Assembly (NCBI GenBank): GCA_030432905.1
Contig: JAUILU010000002.1
Location: forward strand, 136,084 to 200,083
Direction of reading: 5' to 3'
Length of the DNA stretch: 64,000 nucleotides
Origin: Phycisphaerae bacterium
Lineage (GTDB): Bacteria > Planctomycetota > Phycisphaerae > Phycisphaerales > UBA1924
Shown piece by piece: positions 63,187 to 64,000 of the stretch. Both the position numbers and the translations under genes were made by a program. The notes beneath the pieces were generated by a model, which was not told the DNA's origin, did no database searches, and saw nothing but the letters and a program-made list of their open reading frames with translations. Within the stretch, counting starts at the first letter, position 1; each line of letters opens with the position of its first letter.

Positions 63187-64000
63187 TTACCCGCCGCCCT
63201 TTGGTTTGCCGGATTTGATGTCTTCGTTGCGCAGGTAGCGTGTCATGTCGCGCATGAGTCGTGTGATGCGGGCGCGTTGGTGGGGGGTGCCGCGGGCGCC
63301 GATTCGTTTTTCCATCATGTTGGTGAAGCGCGAGACGCCGGCGAGCGAAGGGCCTCGGCTTGGGTCGCGGAAGGCCCGTTGATCGCGTTCGGCCTGGGCG
63401 AAGGCTTCTTCGAGGATTTTGTCGTCGGATTTGTCGGTGGGCCTGCCGTCGAATTCCTCGGCGAGGCGTGTCATGTCGATGATGGCTTGTTTGACGTAGT
63501 CCTCTTGCGATGCGGGGTCGTCGACGTTGGGGTAGTCCTTGGCGAAGTGGTCCATGAAGTCGAGCATGAGCTGCGAGGCGTTCTCTTCGAGCTGGTCGCG
63601 GGCGGCGCCGGAGATGCCCGCGGCGAAGGCGGCGAGGAGCGTGCCGTCGGAGCCGCCCATGCCCTCGACGCGCTTGACGAGCGAGCCGACGAGCCGGACG
63701 CGTTCTTCGACAGGGAGCTTGTTGAACTCGTCCTGGAAGAGCGTGTAGTCGAAGATGTCGTCGAGTGGGTCGTCCTCGTAGTCGGGCATTGGTGTCGGGC
63801 GGAGGATGAGGAACGCGCCGATCGCCAGCGCGATGAACGCGAACGAGCCGGTGGTGATCGAGTTGCGCTTGAACTTCTTGGCGCGCTCGGGCGTGTCGGT
63901 GCGGGCGGCGATGAACGCGGCCCAGCTTTCTTTGATCGACCGCTTCGGCTTGGGCTCTTTTTTGGTGCGCTTCTTTTTGGCCTTGGTGCCTTCTTGGTCT
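63187..64000 (-). CDS. hypothetical membrane-anchored protein, N-terminus off the right edge
   Basis: The frame of the 200-aa track ORF stays open upstream to the window end. Hand translation: ...KKKRTKKEPKPKRSIKESW...FKRNSITTGSFAFIALAIGAFLILRPTPMPDYEDD. This gives a basic region, one TM helix, then an acidic soluble domain. Confidence 0.5.
   Translation of the reverse strand, partial: DQEGTKAKKKRTKKEPKPKRSIKESWAAFIAARTDTPERAKKFKRNSITTGSFAFIALAIGAFLILRPTPMPDYEDDPLDDIFDYTLFQDEFNKLPVEERVRLVGSLVKRVEGMGGSDGTLLAAFAAGISGAARDQLEENASQLMLDFMDHFAKDYPNVDDPASQEDYVKQAIIDMTRLAEEFDGRPTDKSDDKILEEAFAQAERDQRAFRDPSRGPSLAGVSRFTNMMEKRIGARGTPHQRARITRLMRDMTRYLRNEDIKSGKPKGGG

Overview
High-GC bacterial chromosomal window. 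DUF1559-type prepilins (GFTLIELLVVIAIIALLIGILLPALGKAR), PEP-CTERM tails and many C-terminal GC-type dockerin modules suggest Planctomycetota, possibly Phycisphaerae (inference only). No rRNA, tRNA, CRISPR array, transposase, integrase or phage gene was recognised.

Housekeeping genes: ECF sigma/anti-sigma pair, tatC, tadA, dnaA, gatC, rplM-rpsI, clpB, pyrB, ubiX, dnaE, gmk, parB. Two perfect palindromic parS sites lie next to parB. Together with dnaA this suggests an origin-proximal region.

Accessory content stands out in three places:
1. 25.6-31.3 kb: a tandemly duplicated four-gene cassette. Each copy encodes a Cys-rich small membrane protein, a DUF1559 pseudopilin, a PEP-CTERM protein, and a paralog of that protein ending in a GC-type dockerin.
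2. 33.7-39.2 kb: six translationally coupled paralogous multi-TM proteins. Five carry 1-3 N-terminal CxxCGY[DN]LxG..CPEC zinc ribbons, and the array is fused by overlap to ubiX. A smaller zinc-ribbon membrane ORF with a similar motif sits at 13.4 kb.
3. 43.8-50.8 kb: an island of five unrelated secreted proteins sharing a roughly 165-nt dockerin module, with a LuxR-type regulator.

Other items worth a second look:
- A 510-bp structured gap at 2.7-3.2 kb with a consensus DnaA box, an AT-rich tract and phased CTGTCGGC repeats.
- An unexplained gap of about 700 bp without a credible ORF at 52.8-53.5 kb.
- A membrane protein containing three exact-period 147-bp coding repeats.

Many long ORFs in the track are antisense or out-of-frame shadows typical of high-GC DNA and were rejected. 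All calls come from reading the sequence and translations by eye. Family names are from memory and need HMM confirmation.
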